From assembly GCA_049518655.1 (NCBI GenBank), contig JBEKRO010000025.1:2164-66163 (forward strand): a stretch of 64,000 nucleotides of DNA, in the 5' to 3' direction. How positions within the stretch are numbered: position 1 is the stretch's first letter; each line of letters opens with the position of its first letter. The notes below the pieces were generated by a model, which saw only the letters and a program-made list of their open reading frames with translations, ran no database searches and was not told where the DNA came from. The DNA is from Bryobacteraceae bacterium. GTDB taxonomy: Bacteria; Acidobacteriota; Terriglobia; Bryobacterales; Bryobacteraceae. The position numbers and the translations under genes are program-made. Shown piece by piece: positions 62,251 to 64,000 of this stretch.

Positions 62251-63996
62251 ATGCTGGCGCGTCTGCCGCTTGTGTTCTGTCTCTCCGCTCTGTCTGCGCT
62301 CGCACAGTCGCCCTGTGAGGGAACGCCTGCTTACGCGCCTTGTGAGATTCCTTTCGAGCTTTCAGCGCCTGATGCCGCAGCCCATCCGAATCCATACGCC
62401 ACTGTCCTGTTGCAAGTCGAATTTCGTTCGCCTCATTTCAAAACCTATCTGATGCCGGCCTTCTGGGATGGCACCCGTAACAAGATGATGGTCCGTTTCA
62501 CGCCCACCGAAGGCGGCCAGTGGACCTACCGCGTCACCAGCAATATCCCCGCTTTCGACGGCAAGGAGAGCATGTTCAACGCCGCCGCCTCCGATGCGCC
62601 CGGTTTTGTGAACGTCGCCAACGTCCATCATTGGGCCACCGACAACAAAAAGGCCCATCTATGGATGGGTTTTATCGCCGATCGCTTTGCGTTTGTGGGC
62701 GCCGCTGAATTCGACCGCCAGCTTGACGAAGCCACCCAAAATAAGTTCAACCATTTTCGCGGCTCTATTCTTGGGAACGCGAAGGACCGAGCGCTCGTCT
62801 GTCTCGGCCCGGACCGGCCTAATCCGGCCTATTTTGACGAGCTTGATCGCCGCATTGGTGAAATTCACAAGCGAGGAATCACCACCGATCTCATGCTGGC
62901 ATCCGATCCCGATTCCATCACTGCGCTCTTTCCCGATTGGCAGGCGCGCGAGCGCTTCATTCGCTATGTTGTGGCGCGCTATGCCCCCTTCAACATCACC
63001 TGGCAGGGGCTCGCAGAGTTCGAGGACTATCCGGATGGCCGCGCTCTGCTGAAGGAACTGGGCCTGGATCTTAAGAAATTGGATCCGTACCAGCATCCGC
63101 GATCGACAAACTCCAAAATAACCTCGTCGCCATTGCTCGCAGACGGATGGATGGACTTTGTGGTCGAAGGATCACTGGACGACGCCGTCGGGTCGGTAGA
63201 GCATCAGTTCTATCAAGTCCCCTTCGTCGGCGTCACCGACGCTCAACATTTGTGGAGCGCCACCATGGACGGCGAATATCCGGAGTTTCGCGGCGACAAC
63301 CCCAACGTCGCGAAATACTGGTTCGACTTCATGGCCGACACGCGGCATTGGGAGCTGGAGCCCTACTTCGATGTCGATGGCACGCGCGCGGTGGCGCTCG
63401 AGGATGTCGAGTATGTCAATTACATCGAGCATCCGGGCCCGCCCGTCGAAGTCACGGTTGAAAAGCACGGCTATGACATACAGTGGTTGAATCCCGCCAC
63501 CGGAGAATCGCTCGAACAAAAGAAATACAGCGGTGAGCACTTTACTGGCGAGGCGCCGGACTCGAGCCATCCCTGGGTGCTGTATATCGCGCGCGAAGGT
63601 CACAAGGAGGGGATGCTGAAATCGTACAAGTTCGAGTCGCGGCCGGTGCCGGTGCAGGAGATCGAGACGGACATAAAGAAGATTCCATTCCAAATCGTGA
63701 CGCCGCCCGGCAACACGCTCGAAGCAGGCCAGCCCGCGCAGTTCTCGGTGAAGCTGACGCGCGAAAGTCGCGCCACTCGGGCGATGATGTTTCTTTGGGC
63801 CGGCGAGGTGGCCGCCGATGGCCGCGGATTCCGCGTGCTGGGAACCGGTTCGCCCGGGACGTTTTCAGCTCCGGCATCCATCGCCGCCAATTTCCCCGCC
63901 GTTCTCAGCATTCATCTGACCGCGCTGAACGCCAACGGCAAGGCCTACCAGACGGATCGCGTGTATCAGCTCGAAGCGCCGCAAGTGGGCAAGTGA
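62251..63996 (+). CDS. secreted DUF5060/DUF4038-like glycoside-hydrolase-family protein
   Basis: Signal peptide. The N-terminal Ig-like domain carries FWDGTRNKMMVRFTPTEGGQWTYRVTSNI, a DUF5060-type motif. A TIM-barrel-like region follows. The family names are from memory. Confidence 0.55.
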   Translation: MLARLPLVFCLSALSALAQSPCEGTPAYAPCEIPFELSAPDAAAHPNPYATVLLQVEFRSPHFKTYLMPAFWDGTRNKMMVRFTPTEGGQWTYRVTSNIPAFDGKESMFNAAASDAPGFVNVANVHHWATDNKKAHLWMGFIADRFAFVGAAEFDRQLDEATQNKFNHFRGSILGNAKDRALVCLGPDRPNPAYFDELDRRIGEIHKRGITTDLMLASDPDSITALFPDWQARERFIRYVVARYAPFNITWQGLAEFEDYPDGRALLKELGLDLKKLDPYQHPRSTNSKITSSPLLADGWMDFVVEGSLDDAVGSVEHQFYQVPFVGVTDAQHLWSATMDGEYPEFRGDNPNVAKYWFDFMADTRHWELEPYFDVDGTRAVALEDVEYVNYIEHPGPPVEVTVEKHGYDIQWLNPATGESLEQKKYSGEHFTGEAPDSSHPWVLYIAREGHKEGMLKSYKFESRPVPVQEIETDIKKIPFQIVTPPGNTLEAGQPAQFSVKLTRESRATRAMMFLWAGEVAADGRGFRVLGTGSPGTFSAPASIAANFPAVLSIHLTALNANGKAYQTDRVYQLEAPQVGK

Positions 63997-64000
63997 TTCT

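Noticed and set aside
1-64000. Mobile elements, prophage, integrons, rRNA/tRNA genes
   Set aside because: I saw no transposase, integrase, recombinase, phage structural motifs, terminal inverted repeats bracketing a cassette, or rRNA/tRNA signatures. The only RNA gene I can support is ffs.

Overview
High-G+C bacterial chromosomal segment. It is most likely from an Acidobacteriota (Terriglobia/Solibacter-like) genome. I infer this from four large secreted proteins carrying the Solibacter-type C-terminal module (TIGR03437-like), SBBP and NHL beta-propeller proteins, and the general gene content. It is not a database result.

I support about 60 protein genes and one RNA gene (SRP RNA, ffs). I found no rRNA, tRNA, CRISPR array, transposase or integrase.

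Content:
- Housekeeping genes: ffs-dnaX-ybaB-recR, pfk, queF, mtaB, trmH-like, hutF, ndh-2, surA-like PPIase, Slt lytic transglycosylase, AsmA, XdhC/MocA.
- Many secreted or envelope proteins: S53 peptidase, SBBP and NHL propellers, a GT-C glycosyltransferase with a discoidin domain, an MBOAT+SGNH acylation pair.
- Four type II toxin-antitoxin cassettes: three vapBC and one hicBA.

I did not find a clear multi-gene system that I can call novel with confidence. The best leads are:
1. A hybrid histidine kinase in which every phosphotransfer residue is substituted.
2. An unlisted 51-codon ORF that is only a signal peptide plus a PEP-CTERM sorting signal.
3. A lower-G+C orphan gene wedged between TA cassettes.
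4. A secreted Tyr/Gly/Pro low-complexity protein.
5. A stand-alone fliM followed by an unusual inverted repeat built from heptamers.
6. A translationally coupled LOR/SDH (TIGR00300-like)-queF pair.
7. A frameshifted DinB-family gene.

All family assignments come from motif recognition by eye. Start codons are my best choices and may be off.
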